Source: Defluviitaleaceae bacterium
Lineage (GTDB): Bacteria; Bacillota; Clostridia; Lachnospirales; WRAX01
Length of the DNA stretch: 64,000 nucleotides
NCBI GenBank assembly: GCA_009784615.1
Contig: WRBJ01000001.1
Span: forward strand, 72,810 to 136,809
Reading direction: 5' to 3'
Shown here: positions 18,788 to 29,406 of the stretch, one piece after another
How positions within the stretch are numbered: position 1 is the stretch's first letter
How the letters are laid out: each line of letters opens with the position of its first letter
Position numbers and translations under genes: made by a program
The notes under the pieces: generated by a model
What the model saw: only the letters and a program-made list of their open reading frames with translations
What the model was told of the DNA's origin: nothing
Databases searched by the model: none

Positions 18788-21625
18788 ATGTCGAAGAACA
18801 AAATTGTGATTAAGGGTGCGAGGGAGAATAACCTCAAAAATATTGATTTAGAGATACCGCGGGATGCTATGGTTGTGTTTACGGGGGTGTCGGGTAGCGG
18901 CAAAAGCTCGCTTGCTTTTGAAACTCTTTATGCAGAGGGGCAAAGGCGTTATATGGAGAGCCTGTCGTCATATGCTCGCCAATTTTTGGGGCAGATGGAA
19001 AAGCCTGATGTGGATAGCATTGAAGGGTTGTCGCCTGCTATTTCTATCGACCAAAAATCTACCAACCAAAACCCACGCTCTACGGTGGGGACGGTTACGG
19101 AGATTTATGATTATTTAAGGTTGTTATATGCTAGGGTTGGCGTGCCGCATTGTCCAGAGTGTGGCAAGGAGATTGTGCGGCAGACGGTTGACCAAATTGT
19201 TGACCAAATTTTGGCATTGCCTGAAGGTAGCCGCATACAGCTACTTGCGCCTGTTGTGCGGGATAGAAAGGGCGAACACCAAAAGGTGCTTGACGAAGCA
19301 AAGAAAGAAGGCTATGCCCGTGTACGTGTAAACGGCACGGTGATGGAGCTTGCGGATGATATAAAGCTGGCGAAGAACAAGCGGCATAATATAGATATTG
19401 TGGTGGATAGGATTGTGGTGAAGGCGGGCATTGAGGCACGTTTGAGCCAGAGCGTGGAAACCGTTATGGGTTTGACGGATGGTATACTTGTTGTGGATAT
19501 TGATGGTGGCGAGGACTTGATGTTTTCGCAGAATTTTGCTTGTCCTGAACACGGCGTGTCGCTAAACGAGATAGAGCCTAGGATGTTTTCGTTTAACAAC
19601 CCATCTGGGGCTTGTAGCGAATGTGCTGGGCTTGGGTTTAAAATGGAATTTGACCCAGAGCTTATTGTGCCAAACGCCGATTTGTCGCTTGCGCAGGGGG
19701 CTATTACTGTACCTGGTTATAATAGCGTTGGCAAGACAGATTCTTGGGGTGGGTTTTTCTTTACAGCTTTGGCGAAACGTTATGATTTTAGCCTTAACAC
19801 GCCTTTTAAAAAGTTGCCTATGCAAATTAGAAATCTTATTATGTATGGTAATGACGGCGAGAATTTTCCTGTTGAATTTTTAAATCAAAGAGGCGAAAAA
19901 AGGGTTTATCAAAGCCATTGGGAAGGTATTGTACCGGGTGTTAGCCGCCGTTATAAAGAAACCAACAGCGAATGGAGCAGGCAGAATTATGAGGGTTTTA
20001 TAACAAATATAGAATGTAATATTTGCGATGGCAAACGTCTAAAGCCAGAGATTTTGGCGGTTACTGTTGGCGGGGTTAATATTGCAGATGTTACTGTTAT
20101 GCCCGTTGGGGCATTAGCAAAGTTTTTTAAAGAGCTTGCGCTTGGTGCAACACAGGCTGTTATTGCCGAGCGTATTTTAAAAGAGATTAAGGCAAGAGCG
20201 GGTTTTTTGGTTGACGTTGGGTTGGATTATTTGACGCTGGCGCGCTCTGCGGGGACATTGTCGGGTGGCGAGGCACAGCGCATACGCCTTGCAACACAAA
20301 TAGGTTCTGGGCTTGTTGGGGTTGTTTATATTTTGGACGAGCCATCCATTGGGCTACATCAACGTGATAATGATAAGTTGCTTAAAACCCTTCACCATCT
20401 GCGGGATTTGGGCAATACGTTGATAGTGGTAGAACACGACGAAGACACAATGCGTGAAGCTGACCATATTGTGGATATTGGGCCCGGTGCCGGTGTTAAT
20501 GGCGGCGAGATTGTTTATAATGGTGATATTGCGGGGATTTTGAAAGATGAAGATAGCATTACGGGCGCATATATGAGCGGTCGTATGGCTATACCCTTGC
20601 CAAAAAACCGCAGGCAAATGTGCGATAAGCGTTTGGTGGTAAAAGGTGCGGCGGAGAATAATTTGAAGAATTTGGATGTTGAAATTCCGCTTGGTCTATT
20701 TATTGCTATTACGGGTGTTTCTGGCAGTGGCAAGTCTTCGCTTATCAATGAGATTTTGTATAAACGGCTTGCTAGAGATTTAAACCGTAGCAAAGTAAAG
20801 CCTGGCAAGCACGAAGATATTACAGGGCAGGAGCATTTGGATAAAATTATAAACATCGACCAAAGCCCGATTGGGCGCACGCCACGCTCTAATCCTGCAA
20901 CATATACGGGTTTGTTTGATTTGGTGCGGGATTTGTTTGCGGCAACGCCAGAGGCAAAGGTGAGGGGCTACCAAAAAGGACGTTTTAGCTTTAATGTAAA
21001 AGGCGGGCGTTGCGAGGCTTGCTCTGGTGATGGTATTATTAAGATAGAAATGCACTTTTTGCCTGATATTTTTGTGCCTTGCGAGGTTTGTGGCGGCAAG
21101 CGTTATAACCGTGAAACGCTTGAGGTTAAATATAAGGGTGCGACAATTGCGGATGTGCTTAATATGACTGTGGAAGAAGCATTAGCTTTTTTTGAGAATT
21201 TGCCACGTTTGCGAGATAAGGTGCAGACGCTGTATGATGTAGGGCTGTCTTATGTTAAGCTGGGGCAAAGCTCCACGACATTATCTGGTGGCGAGGCACA
21301 GCGTGTTAAACTAGCGACGGAGCTTTCTAAACGTAGCACAGGGCGTACAATTTATGTGTTAGACGAGCCGACAACGGGCTTGCATATGGCGGACGTTCAT
21401 AAGCTGGTGGATATTTTACAGAAGCTGACGGATGGCGGTAATAGCGTTGTTGTTATCGAGCATAATTTGGATGTTATCAAAACTGCGGATTATATTATTG
21501 ATTTGGGACCAGAAGGCGGACACGGCGGCGGCACTATTGTTGTGCAGGGTACGCCGGAGGAAGTGGCGAAGTGCAAAAAGTCATACACAGGGCAGTATTT
21601 GAAGAAGGTTTTGAAGAAGAAGTAG
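18788..21625 (+). CDS. uvrA: Excinuclease ABC subunit A
   Basis: [21 protein letters not shown], two ABC modules (GVSGSGKSS twice, LSGGEAQR twice), zinc-finger Cys pairs. Confidence 0.95.
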   Translation: MSKNKIVIKGARENNLKNIDLEIPRDAMVVFTGVSGSGKSSLAFETLYAEGQRRYMESLSSYARQFLGQMEKPDVDSIEGLSPAISIDQKSTNQNPRSTVGTVTEIYDYLRLLYARVGVPHCPECGKEIVRQTVDQIVDQILALPEGSRIQLLAPVVRDRKGEHQKVLDEAKKEGYARVRVNGTVMELADDIKLAKNKRHNIDIVVDRIVVKAGIEARLSQSVETVMGLTDGILVVDIDGGEDLMFSQNFACPEHGVSLNEIEPRMFSFNNPSGACSECAGLGFKMEFDPELIVPNADLSLAQGAITVPGYNSVGKTDSWGGFFFTALAKRYDFSLNTPFKKLPMQIRNLIMYGNDGENFPVEFLNQRGEKRVYQSHWEGIVPGVSRRYKETNSEWSRQNYEGFITNIECNICDGKRLKPEILAVTVGGVNIADVTVMPVGALAKFFKELALGATQAVIAERILKEIKARAGFLVDVGLDYLTLARSAGTLSGGEAQRIRLATQIGSGLVGVVYILDEPSIGLHQRDNDKLLKTLHHLRDLGNTLIVVEHDEDTMREADHIVDIGPGAGVNGGEIVYNGDIAGILKDEDSITGAYMSGRMAIPLPKNRRQMCDKRLVVKGAAENNLKNLDVEIPLGLFIAITGVSGSGKSSLINEILYKRLARDLNRSKVKPGKHEDITGQEHLDKIINIDQSPIGRTPRSNPATYTGLFDLVRDLFAATPEAKVRGYQKGRFSFNVKGGRCEACSGDGIIKIEMHFLPDIFVPCEVCGGKRYNRETLEVKYKGATIADVLNMTVEEALAFFENLPRLRDKVQTLYDVGLSYVKLGQSSTTLSGGEAQRVKLATELSKRSTGRTIYVLDEPTTGLHMADVHKLVDILQKLTDGGNSVVVIEHNLDVIKTADYIIDLGPEGGHGGGTIVVQGTPEEVAKCKKSYTGQYLKKVLKKK

Positions 21626-21668
21626 TTTAATAGAAATATTTTTTTCTAGCGAAGGGTAGTGTTGTGCT

Positions 21669-22667
21669 ATGCTAAATAAGGTTCAAGAAAAATCATATAA
21701 ATTAATTCAGGCAGATGCACGATTTTTATATAATTTAACAAGAGTGTTTAAAAGCCCTAATGCCCCTAAAAGCAATTACATTATGATGTTGCTACCTTTC
21801 ATTGGTCTCTTTGCTGATGGTTCTGAACAATGGGGAAGAAAGGTTAAAATAGGTGCACCAGTTTTCCAAGATGAGGAAAAAAAGTATTATACGGAAATGC
21901 GTAAATCTATAAAAATGTTCGATATTACCTATGATGAGTTATTCGACACATTAAAAGATACTCTTAATAAAAGCGACAAATATTATTACGATATTCGTAC
22001 TCTTCGTTCAAAATTGTGTGGGATGTATTATAATGCTGGTGTTGATTTGCAGGGTAATACTTTTTGTGGTAATACTATTTTATGTTCAATTTATGCTCCA
22101 TTTTACAAGTTTGGTGACAAACAATATGGTAAAAAAATAAATAACATAAGCGTTGTTGCGGGAAGTCTAGCGGCATTTTATGGTGATAGTAACGCTCAAT
22201 CTTATGGTGTTAATAATAGCTTGACGTTCAGGTCTAAAGATTATCATTTTTTCAGCAAATGTCCTAGCGGCATTAAAGATTATGATAAATTTTTATTATT
22301 TTCTATATTGTGTAGCGTGAATTTTGTGAGAGTTTTTATAAATCAATACTTTGTTGATGAGTTCCCTGCAAAATTACGTTTTGCGTATTTGAAATACTAT
22401 TACTTAACAACTTTAATTCCGCAAATAAACCAAAAACTTGCAACCAATTTCACTATTAATCTTCAATACAAAAATGACAAATTTAGAAATTGTATGGCAC
22501 ATTATGGACTTGGTGCAGTTCTAAAAGAAGATGATATTATTGAGGACGATATGCTTTATGGGCTTTCAAACCTACTTTTAAAGATGTCATATAAAGATAC
22601 AAAAACAGCGATTTATTACGAATTAGATTCATTTTCAAAACAGATAACAGAATATCTGCTTTTATAG
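21669..22667 (+). CDS. AT-rich orphan protein with RNxxxH (HEPN-like) motif, possible Abi-type RNase
   Basis: 332-aa ORF, visibly lower GC than uvrA. FRNCMAHYGLG near the C-terminus fits the HEPN Rx4-6H signature. No TM segment or signal peptide. Confidence 0.5.
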   Translation: MLNKVQEKSYKLIQADARFLYNLTRVFKSPNAPKSNYIMMLLPFIGLFADGSEQWGRKVKIGAPVFQDEEKKYYTEMRKSIKMFDITYDELFDTLKDTLNKSDKYYYDIRTLRSKLCGMYYNAGVDLQGNTFCGNTILCSIYAPFYKFGDKQYGKKINNISVVAGSLAAFYGDSNAQSYGVNNSLTFRSKDYHFFSKCPSGIKDYDKFLLFSILCSVNFVRVFINQYFVDEFPAKLRFAYLKYYYLTTLIPQINQKLATNFTINLQYKNDKFRNCMAHYGLGAVLKEDDIIEDDMLYGLSNLLLKMSYKDTKTAIYYELDSFSKQITEYLLL

Positions 22668-22786
22668 CAACGTTAATGTAGAGTTAGTGCAAATATTGAA
22701 GGGATATTCTCTTGATGATGTTGCTGAAAATATGATAAATGCTTGATATTTGGCGTGGTTTGCTTACAGGAAAGGTTTTGTGATTT

Positions 22787-23389
22787 ATGAAAAAAACATT
22801 ATCTGAAATGACATTAGGGGAGTTATGGGAGTTGTTTCCTGTGATTTTGCTGGGGCATAATTCTCAGTACAAGATATGGTATGAAACTGAAAAGAAAAGT
22901 ATATTGAAAAATATAAATGCTGATGATGTAGTTCGTATTAATCACATAGGTAGTAGCGCGGTAAAAGGCTTGATTGCTAAACCTACTGTAGATATTTTGT
23001 TGGAAGTTGATGGTGGTTGTGATGTTTTGCGCTTGGTTGATGATTTAATTGCCGTCGGTTGGGGGTTGATGAAAAAAGAAAACCAGCCGATGAAAATATC
23101 GCTTAGCAAAGGATATACGCCTGATGGGTATGCCGATAGGGTTTTTCATCTTCATATAAGGTATTTTGGGGACTGGAGCGAATTATATTTTAGGGATTAT
23201 TTAATTGAACATACCGATATTGCGGACGAATATGGGAAGTTAAAGCTACAATTGTTTAACGATTTCAAACATAATAGAGATGGATATACGGAAGCAAAAA
23301 CGGATTTTGTTTTAAAGTATTCTGAAATAGCGAAATGCGAGTTTAAAAATAAATATAGACCAAGATTTGTAATTTGTGAAAATACTTGA
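22787..23389 (+). CDS. GrpB-family (nucleotidyltransferase-fold, UPF0157) protein
   Basis: INHIGSSAVKGLIAKPTVDILLEV and HLHIRYFGDW motifs are typical of GrpB. Confidence 0.7.
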   Translation: MKKTLSEMTLGELWELFPVILLGHNSQYKIWYETEKKSILKNINADDVVRINHIGSSAVKGLIAKPTVDILLEVDGGCDVLRLVDDLIAVGWGLMKKENQPMKISLSKGYTPDGYADRVFHLHIRYFGDWSELYFRDYLIEHTDIADEYGKLKLQLFNDFKHNRDGYTEAKTDFVLKYSEIAKCEFKNKYRPRFVICENT

Positions 23390-23539
23390 TGTTTTGGGTG
23401 ATGTGGTATATACTATGTATAATATATTTTTACGAGGTGATATTGTGGTGATAGAAGCATATGCCCAAAGGATATTGTTGACGAGGTTTTAGAAGTTATT
23501 ATTGATTTTTTTGAGTAAATATACAAAGGATGGGAAATT

Positions 23540-24070
23540 ATGATTTTATCGGGATTGGAAATTGCGAGGCTGGCGAAGATTGGCGAGCAGGTTATTATAA
23601 AGCCGTTTGATGCTACAAGGGTGGGGCCTAATAGCTATGATTTGCGGCTTAATAATGTGTTGCAGGTTTACGAGATACCTGAAGGTGGGCATTTGGATAT
23701 GAAGAAGGATACGCCTGTGCGTGAGGCTATTATACCTGATGATGGCTTTGTGCTACAGCCTGGGCAACTTTATTTGGGTAGTACATTAGAATATACCGAA
23801 ACACACGGTTATGTGCCTATGCTTGAAGGGCGGTCTAGCATTGGGCGGCTTGGGGTTAGCATACATGTTACAGCGGGGTTTGGTGATGTAGGTTTTGCGG
23901 GTTATTGGACGCTGGAAATACATACTTTACATCCCGTAAAAATATATCCTTTCGAGCGTATTTGCCAAATATATTATCACAAAATAGAAGGCGATTATAA
24001 ACCGTACCAAGGGAAGTATCAAAAAAATACAGGAGTGCAAGCTAGTCAAATATACCGTGACCAGAGGTGA
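23540..24070 (+). CDS. dcd: dCTP deaminase
   Basis: MILSGLEI...NSYDLRL...LEGRSSIGRLG...GFAGYWTLE are characteristic dCTP deaminase/dUTPase-fold motifs. Size is 176 aa. Confidence 0.85.
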   Translation: MILSGLEIARLAKIGEQVIIKPFDATRVGPNSYDLRLNNVLQVYEIPEGGHLDMKKDTPVREAIIPDDGFVLQPGQLYLGSTLEYTETHGYVPMLEGRSSIGRLGVSIHVTAGFGDVGFAGYWTLEIHTLHPVKIYPFERICQIYYHKIEGDYKPYQGKYQKNTGVQASQIYRDQR

Positions 24071-24074
24071 ATAG

Positions 24075-25337
24075 ATGAGTTTTTTGGGTAGGATAGTTGA
24101 TTGGATAAATAGATTATATCCTTTTAAAAAAGAGCATAGCGAAGACAGAAAGACCAATTTTGAAGCAGCTTTGAAAAAAGGTATTGATGAAGATAGGGAT
24201 GATATTGTTTCGGCGGTTAATTTGTGCGACGAGGCTTTGGATATTGTTGCCGACCGTATTGTGATGATAAACCGCCAAAAAGACGTTGAAGAACGGATTG
24301 CGGAAGTGGCGGCTTATGGTTCGCTGTCGTCTGAAGATGTTACGGATTTAAAAGAAATGCTTGACAGATACACCAATATGTCGAAAGAGTCTAATCATCT
24401 TAAATATCAAGTAACCAGTTTTGACCCTGCTTTGGCTGGATTAGGAAGGTTGCAAGAATCTGCCGCAAATGCTGTGCCTGAGATAAAATTTGCGGAAGAA
24501 CGTCAGCGTATTTTTAAAGTTGATATTGGACATCTTGAGGGCGAAAAAATTGTGCTGGAACACGGGCGTGAACGCATTAAAAATGCAATAGATTTTGTAT
24601 ATAAATTTTCTATTGCATTGTTAATTTTCTTTGCACTTATATTGGTGGTTTTGGTTTATATTTATATAATGCATAATGTGCAAACAATGGTTGTTCTTGC
24701 GGGATTACTTACTTTTGGTATTGTTTTAACGGGATTATTATATTGGTTGCGGCAAAAACTGCGGTACGAGCTTGTTGTTAATAGAAAAAAACAACAACGT
24801 GCTGTAGAGCTATTAAATAAGAAAAAGGCTAATTATGCCCATTTTACAAACTTTCTTAATCATAGTTATAGAAAATACCAAGTGCGCAATTCCAAAATGC
24901 TTGAAAGCAACCTTGAAGATTATGCGCATTATAAGCATATGACAAAACGTCTTGATGCATTGCGCAATATTATGAACCAAACCGAAGAAGCTATTGAAAC
25001 ATTTTTGCGGTATAAAGGCATTACGACGACCTTTGGCTCTATAGAAAAATTTGCCGCCACTGTAAATTTGGATGATAAAGTGCATTATCATAAAGAGTTA
25101 GAGCGTGAGCTGGAGTTGATTGAACGCTCGCTAAAACGCTTGGATACTAGAAGCGCGCAGATTTGGCAGGTGCTAAGTCAGCTAAAAGCAAGTAGCAAAG
25201 AATCTGCTGTAATTGGGGCGATAATGGATGATTATGTTGTTAAAGCTGAACGATTGATGGAAAGAGATGCAAATTTTGGTACGACTTTGCAGGATTTTGA
25301 AGGGATTGACGGAGAAATGTCAACAGAAATGGCATAA
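24075..25337 (+). CDS. Two-TM coiled-coil membrane protein, function unknown
   Basis: Starts 5 nt after the dcd stop, behind GAGGTG. The central hydrophobic pair (FSIALLIFFALILVVLVYIYI / VVLAGLLTFGIVLTGLLYWL) is flanked by long helical charged regions. Confidence 0.65.
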   Translation: MSFLGRIVDWINRLYPFKKEHSEDRKTNFEAALKKGIDEDRDDIVSAVNLCDEALDIVADRIVMINRQKDVEERIAEVAAYGSLSSEDVTDLKEMLDRYTNMSKESNHLKYQVTSFDPALAGLGRLQESAANAVPEIKFAEERQRIFKVDIGHLEGEKIVLEHGRERIKNAIDFVYKFSIALLIFFALILVVLVYIYIMHNVQTMVVLAGLLTFGIVLTGLLYWLRQKLRYELVVNRKKQQRAVELLNKKKANYAHFTNFLNHSYRKYQVRNSKMLESNLEDYAHYKHMTKRLDALRNIMNQTEEAIETFLRYKGITTTFGSIEKFAATVNLDDKVHYHKELERELELIERSLKRLDTRSAQIWQVLSQLKASSKESAVIGAIMDDYVVKAERLMERDANFGTTLQDFEGIDGEMSTEMA

Positions 25338-25349
25338 ATGGAGGATATT

Positions 25350-27995
25350 ATGAAAAAAGATATGGAAACAAAATATAATCCAAAGGTTGTAGAGGACAGA
25401 CTTTATGCCGATTGGGTTGAAAAAGGCTATTTTCACGCCGAGGCGGATGAAAACAAAGAACCGTATACGATAATGATTCCGCCGCCCAATATTACAGGAC
25501 GTTTGCATATGGGACACGCTTTGAACGCTACTTTGCAGGATGTTTTGATACGTTTTAAGAAGTTGCAGGGATATAACGCATTGTGGATGCCCGGTACAGA
25601 CCACGCCGCTATTGCAACAGAAGTTAAGATTGTAGAAAAGATGGCGGAAGAAGGCTTGACAAAGGCTAGCCTTGGGCGTGATGCTTTTATGAAGCGGGCT
25701 TGGCAATGGTATGATGATGTTGGGGGTGTTATTACAAAGCAGTTTCGCAAATTAGGGGTTGCTTGCGATTGGCAACGTCAGCGTTTTACAATGGATAAGG
25801 GTTGTTCTGATGCAGTTTTGGAGGTTTTTGTTAAACTGCACGAAAAAGGGCTTATTTATCGTGGCGAGCGTTTGGTAAACTGGTGTACGCAATGCAAAAC
25901 TTCAATATCTGATGCTGAGGTAGAGCACGAAGACAAACAAAGCGGTTTTTGGCATTTTAAATATCCGATTAAAGATAGCGATGAGTATGTTGTTTTTGCT
26001 ACCACTCGTCCCGAAACTATGCTTGGTGATGTGGCAATTGCTGTTAATCCATCAGACGAGCGTTATGCACATTTGGTAGGTAAAACCGCCATTATGCCTA
26101 TTTTGGGTCGTGAGCTAAAAATTGTTGCGGATGAATATGTTAAGGCAGATTTTGGTACGGGTATGGTTAAGGTTACGCCTGCACACGATTTTAATGATTT
26201 TGAGATAGGCGTAAGGCACGATTTAGAACGCATTAATATAATGAATGATGACGGAAGCATTAACGAAGCAGGCGGCGATAATTACGCTGGGCTTGACCGT
26301 TATGAGGCTCGTAAAAAAATAATTGCCCAAATGGATGATATGGGCTATTTTGTACGCAAAGAAGAAATTACAAATGCCGTTGGTGGGCACGACCGTTGCG
26401 GCTCTGTTGTAGAGCCTTTAAATAAATTACAATGGTTTGTTAAGATGGAAGAATTGGCTCGACCTGCGCTTGATGCTTATAAAAACGGCGATTTAAACAT
26501 TGTGCCGCCACGCTTTGGCAAGGTTTACAGTCATTGGTTAGAAGGTATTAAGGACTGGTGTATTAGCCGTCAGTTGTGGTGGGGACACCGTATACCTGCG
26601 TATCATTGCGAGGGTTGCGAGCATATAGAAGTGGCAAAGATTGCGCCCGATAAATGCCCGAAATGCGGCGGAGCGGTTTATCAAGATGAAGATAGTTTGG
26701 ACACTTGGTTTAGTTCTGCGTTATGGCCTTTTTCTACATTAGGATGGCCAGAAAAAACTCCTGAACTTGCTCATTTTTACCCAACAAGCGTGCTTGTAAC
26801 TGCTTACGAGATATTGTTTTTTTGGGTTATTCGTATGGCTTTTGCGGGAATTGAATTTATGGGTGAGCTACCGTTTAAAGATGTGCTTTTGCACGGCGTT
26901 ATGCGTGATGACCAAGGGCGAAAAATGTCAAAGTCGCTTGGAAATGGTATTGACCCGCTTGGGATAATTGAGGAATATGGTGCGGACGCTTTGCGTTTTT
27001 CGCTTGCGACGGGCAATAGCCCTGGTAATGATTTGCGGTTCTACATAGAGAAGGTGGAATCTAGTCGTAATTTTTTGAATAAGATTTGGAATGCCTCACG
27101 GTTTATTATGATGAACCTAGATAACGAAACCGCAGAGGCTACCTTTGGTTGCCTGCCGTCAGAGCTGACGGCGGCTGATAAATGGATTATTTCTAAAGCA
27201 AACACACTAGCGAAAGAGGTTGCCGAAAATCTTGATAAATACGAATTGGGGCTTGCGGCGGATAAGGCTTATAGCTTTATGTGGGACGAGTTTTGCGATT
27301 GGTATATCGAAATGGCGAAGCCGCGTTTGTATAATGCTGATGACGAAACACGTCTTGCGGCGTTGTGGACATTGCAACATATATTGTCTACAGGATTGCG
27401 CTTGTTACACCCATTTATTCCATTTATTACTGAAGAAATTTATACCAGCTTTGGCTTTGGCGAAAGTATTCTTTTGGCGGATTATCCAAAATATCAAGAC
27501 GAGCTTAACTTCCCTATTGAAGAAGGGCAAATGGAGCAGATTAAGGAAGCGGTGCGGGCTTTAAGAAATATGCGGTCGCAAATGAACGTGCCGCCTAGCA
27601 GAAAAGCGCAGACCTTTGTGGTTAGCACAAATGTCGATGTGCGTGCAGTTTTTGAGGCGGGGGCGAAATATATCAAATCGCTTGCGGGAGCTAACGAAGT
27701 GATTGTGTTATCCGAAAAGGTTGGTATTGATGATAATGCCGTATCTGTTGTAGTGCCGTCTGCAGAAATTTTTATGCCGCTTGCCGAGCTTGTGGATATG
27801 GAAAAAGAGCGAGAACGTCTGCAAAAAGAAATTAAAAAATTGCAGGGCGAGGTTGATAGGGTAAATGCGAAGCTAAATAACCAAGGTTTTATCGCAAAAG
27901 CCCCTGCAAATTTGGTTGAAGAAGAAAAGGCGAAAGCGGCTAAGTATCAAGAAATGTTGCAGGTTGTACAAAAGCAGTTGGAGGGTTTGAAATGA
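25350..27995 (+). CDS. valS: Valine--tRNA ligase
   Basis: ATG at 25350 after GGAGGA. PPPNITGRLHMGH (HIGH), KMSKS, C-terminal coiled coil. Confidence 0.95.
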   Translation: MKKDMETKYNPKVVEDRLYADWVEKGYFHAEADENKEPYTIMIPPPNITGRLHMGHALNATLQDVLIRFKKLQGYNALWMPGTDHAAIATEVKIVEKMAEEGLTKASLGRDAFMKRAWQWYDDVGGVITKQFRKLGVACDWQRQRFTMDKGCSDAVLEVFVKLHEKGLIYRGERLVNWCTQCKTSISDAEVEHEDKQSGFWHFKYPIKDSDEYVVFATTRPETMLGDVAIAVNPSDERYAHLVGKTAIMPILGRELKIVADEYVKADFGTGMVKVTPAHDFNDFEIGVRHDLERINIMNDDGSINEAGGDNYAGLDRYEARKKIIAQMDDMGYFVRKEEITNAVGGHDRCGSVVEPLNKLQWFVKMEELARPALDAYKNGDLNIVPPRFGKVYSHWLEGIKDWCISRQLWWGHRIPAYHCEGCEHIEVAKIAPDKCPKCGGAVYQDEDSLDTWFSSALWPFSTLGWPEKTPELAHFYPTSVLVTAYEILFFWVIRMAFAGIEFMGELPFKDVLLHGVMRDDQGRKMSKSLGNGIDPLGIIEEYGADALRFSLATGNSPGNDLRFYIEKVESSRNFLNKIWNASRFIMMNLDNETAEATFGCLPSELTAADKWIISKANTLAKEVAENLDKYELGLAADKAYSFMWDEFCDWYIEMAKPRLYNADDETRLAALWTLQHILSTGLRLLHPFIPFITEEIYTSFGFGESILLADYPKYQDELNFPIEEGQMEQIKEAVRALRNMRSQMNVPPSRKAQTFVVSTNVDVRAVFEAGAKYIKSLAGANEVIVLSEKVGIDDNAVSVVVPSAEIFMPLAELVDMEKERERLQKEIKKLQGEVDRVNAKLNNQGFIAKAPANLVEEEKAKAAKYQEMLQVVQKQLEGLK

Positions 27996-29239
27996 ACCAC
28001 GAAGCGGCTATGGAGTATTTGGTAAACAGCTTTGGGCAAGGGCGCAAAAAGGGTATGGATGCTGTTTTGGCTGCTCTTGCCGCTCTTGACAACCCGCAAG
28101 AAAAAATTAAAATTATACACGTGGCAGGCACAAATGGCAAGGGTAGCTTTTGTGCTATGATGGGCAATATTTTGGAAGAAGCCGGTTATCGTGTTGGTAG
28201 TTTTACCAGTCCACATATGGAGAAATTTAACGAGCGTTTTACAATAAATGGCGAGATGATTAGTGATGAAGATTTTGCCCGTCATTTATCAAAAATTGCA
28301 GAAATAAGTGGTCAGATGTATGAAGATGGGGATGGTTTTTCATATTTTGAACTTCTTACAATGCTTGCATTTTGCTATTTTTATGAACAGGCTGTTGATT
28401 TTTTGTTGCTAGAGGTTGGCATTGGTGGCAGAAACGATTGTACTAATGTTATTAAAAACCCGATTTTATCTGCGATAATGGCGATTGGTTTTGACCATAT
28501 GGATATTTTGGGCGATAATTTGTCTGATATTGCAAGAGAAAAAGGAGGAATTATCAAAAAAAAATGCCCCGTGGTATTGTATGATGACGTGCCTTTAGTG
28601 TATAATATTTTTAAAGAGATTGCGGCGGATAATAACGCTAAGGTTTATAGCTCGTCAAACATTTCTTTAAATGGTTATAAAATTGGATTGATAGGTGAAC
28701 ATCAACGTAAAAATGCACAGACCGTTGTTGCGGCAATTAATGTTTTGCGTGATTTGGGCTTTTCTGTTGATGATGCTCATATTTATAATGGGTTGGAAAA
28801 AACCCGCCATATGGGACGTATGGAGATTATGGGAGAAAATCCTACAATCATTTTAGAAGGTGCGCATAATTTGCAAGGTGCTGAAGCTGCCGCATATAAT
28901 ATGCAAAACCTTTTTGTGGATAAAGAAATTACCGTAATAATGGGTATGATGGCGGATAAAGAATTTGATAAGATTGTTAATGTGTTGGCGGGTTCGGCGA
29001 AATGTGTTGTTTTTACCAAGCCGTTCTATGACCACCGTGCCGCCGACCCGAAAGATTTGGCGGCGTGTCTAACAAAAGATGATAGAGATGTGTATATTGA
29101 AAATGATTGTACAAAAGCCTATGAAACAGCTAAAAAAATAACCTCGGCAGATGGTGTGATACTTGTTACAGGTTCGCTTTATTTAGTGGGCGATATTAGA
29201 ACGTATATAAAAAGAGATTGCGGGCTAAGCCAGCAATGA
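27992..29239 (+). CDS. folC: Bifunctional folylpolyglutamate synthase / dihydrofolate synthase
   Basis: HVAGTNGKGS P-loop, Mur-ligase architecture, 4-nt overlap with valS (the common valS-folC pairing). Confidence 0.9.
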   Translation: MNHEAAMEYLVNSFGQGRKKGMDAVLAALAALDNPQEKIKIIHVAGTNGKGSFCAMMGNILEEAGYRVGSFTSPHMEKFNERFTINGEMISDEDFARHLSKIAEISGQMYEDGDGFSYFELLTMLAFCYFYEQAVDFLLLEVGIGGRNDCTNVIKNPILSAIMAIGFDHMDILGDNLSDIAREKGGIIKKKCPVVLYDDVPLVYNIFKEIAADNNAKVYSSSNISLNGYKIGLIGEHQRKNAQTVVAAINVLRDLGFSVDDAHIYNGLEKTRHMGRMEIMGENPTIILEGAHNLQGAEAAAYNMQNLFVDKEITVIMGMMADKEFDKIVNVLAGSAKCVVFTKPFYDHRAADPKDLAACLTKDDRDVYIENDCTKAYETAKKITSADGVILVTGSLYLVGDIRTYIKRDCGLSQQ

Positions 29240-29256
29240 TATAGGGAGTGATGGCA

Positions 29257-29406
29257 ATGATTGATTTTAAAAGCGAGCTTAAAAAATTTAAACCCGTTTT
29301 GGAAGTAGATAATATTGAAGAAGATGTTGTAGATTGCGATGCTAAGGATGTTATGGAGCTATTGCAATACCTTTTTGCGCAGAAAAATGAAACGAGGGCA
29401 AATTAA
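29257..29406 (+). CDS. Possible 49-aa acidic small protein (below the ORF-track cutoff)
   Basis: ATG at 29257 is 8 nt after AGGGAG. MIDFKSELKKFKPVLEVDNIEEDVVDCDAKDVMELLQYLFAQKNETRAN. Its TAA (29404-29406) abuts the ATG of the next gene. Confidence 0.35.
   Translation: MIDFKSELKKFKPVLEVDNIEEDVVDCDAKDVMELLQYLFAQKNETRAN

Noticed and set aside
22697-22756. 20-codon fragment VQILKGYSLDDVAENMINA, resembling a sigma/LuxR-type region-4 C-terminus
   Set aside because: There is no upstream coding continuation. It is treated as a relic and mentioned only as context for the HEPN-like gene.
23540-24070. dCTP deaminase as an anti-phage nucleotide-depletion defence gene
   Set aside because: At 176 aa it has the size and motifs of the housekeeping Dcd, with no extra kinase or sensor domain. 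It sits in a valS-folC core context with host-like composition.
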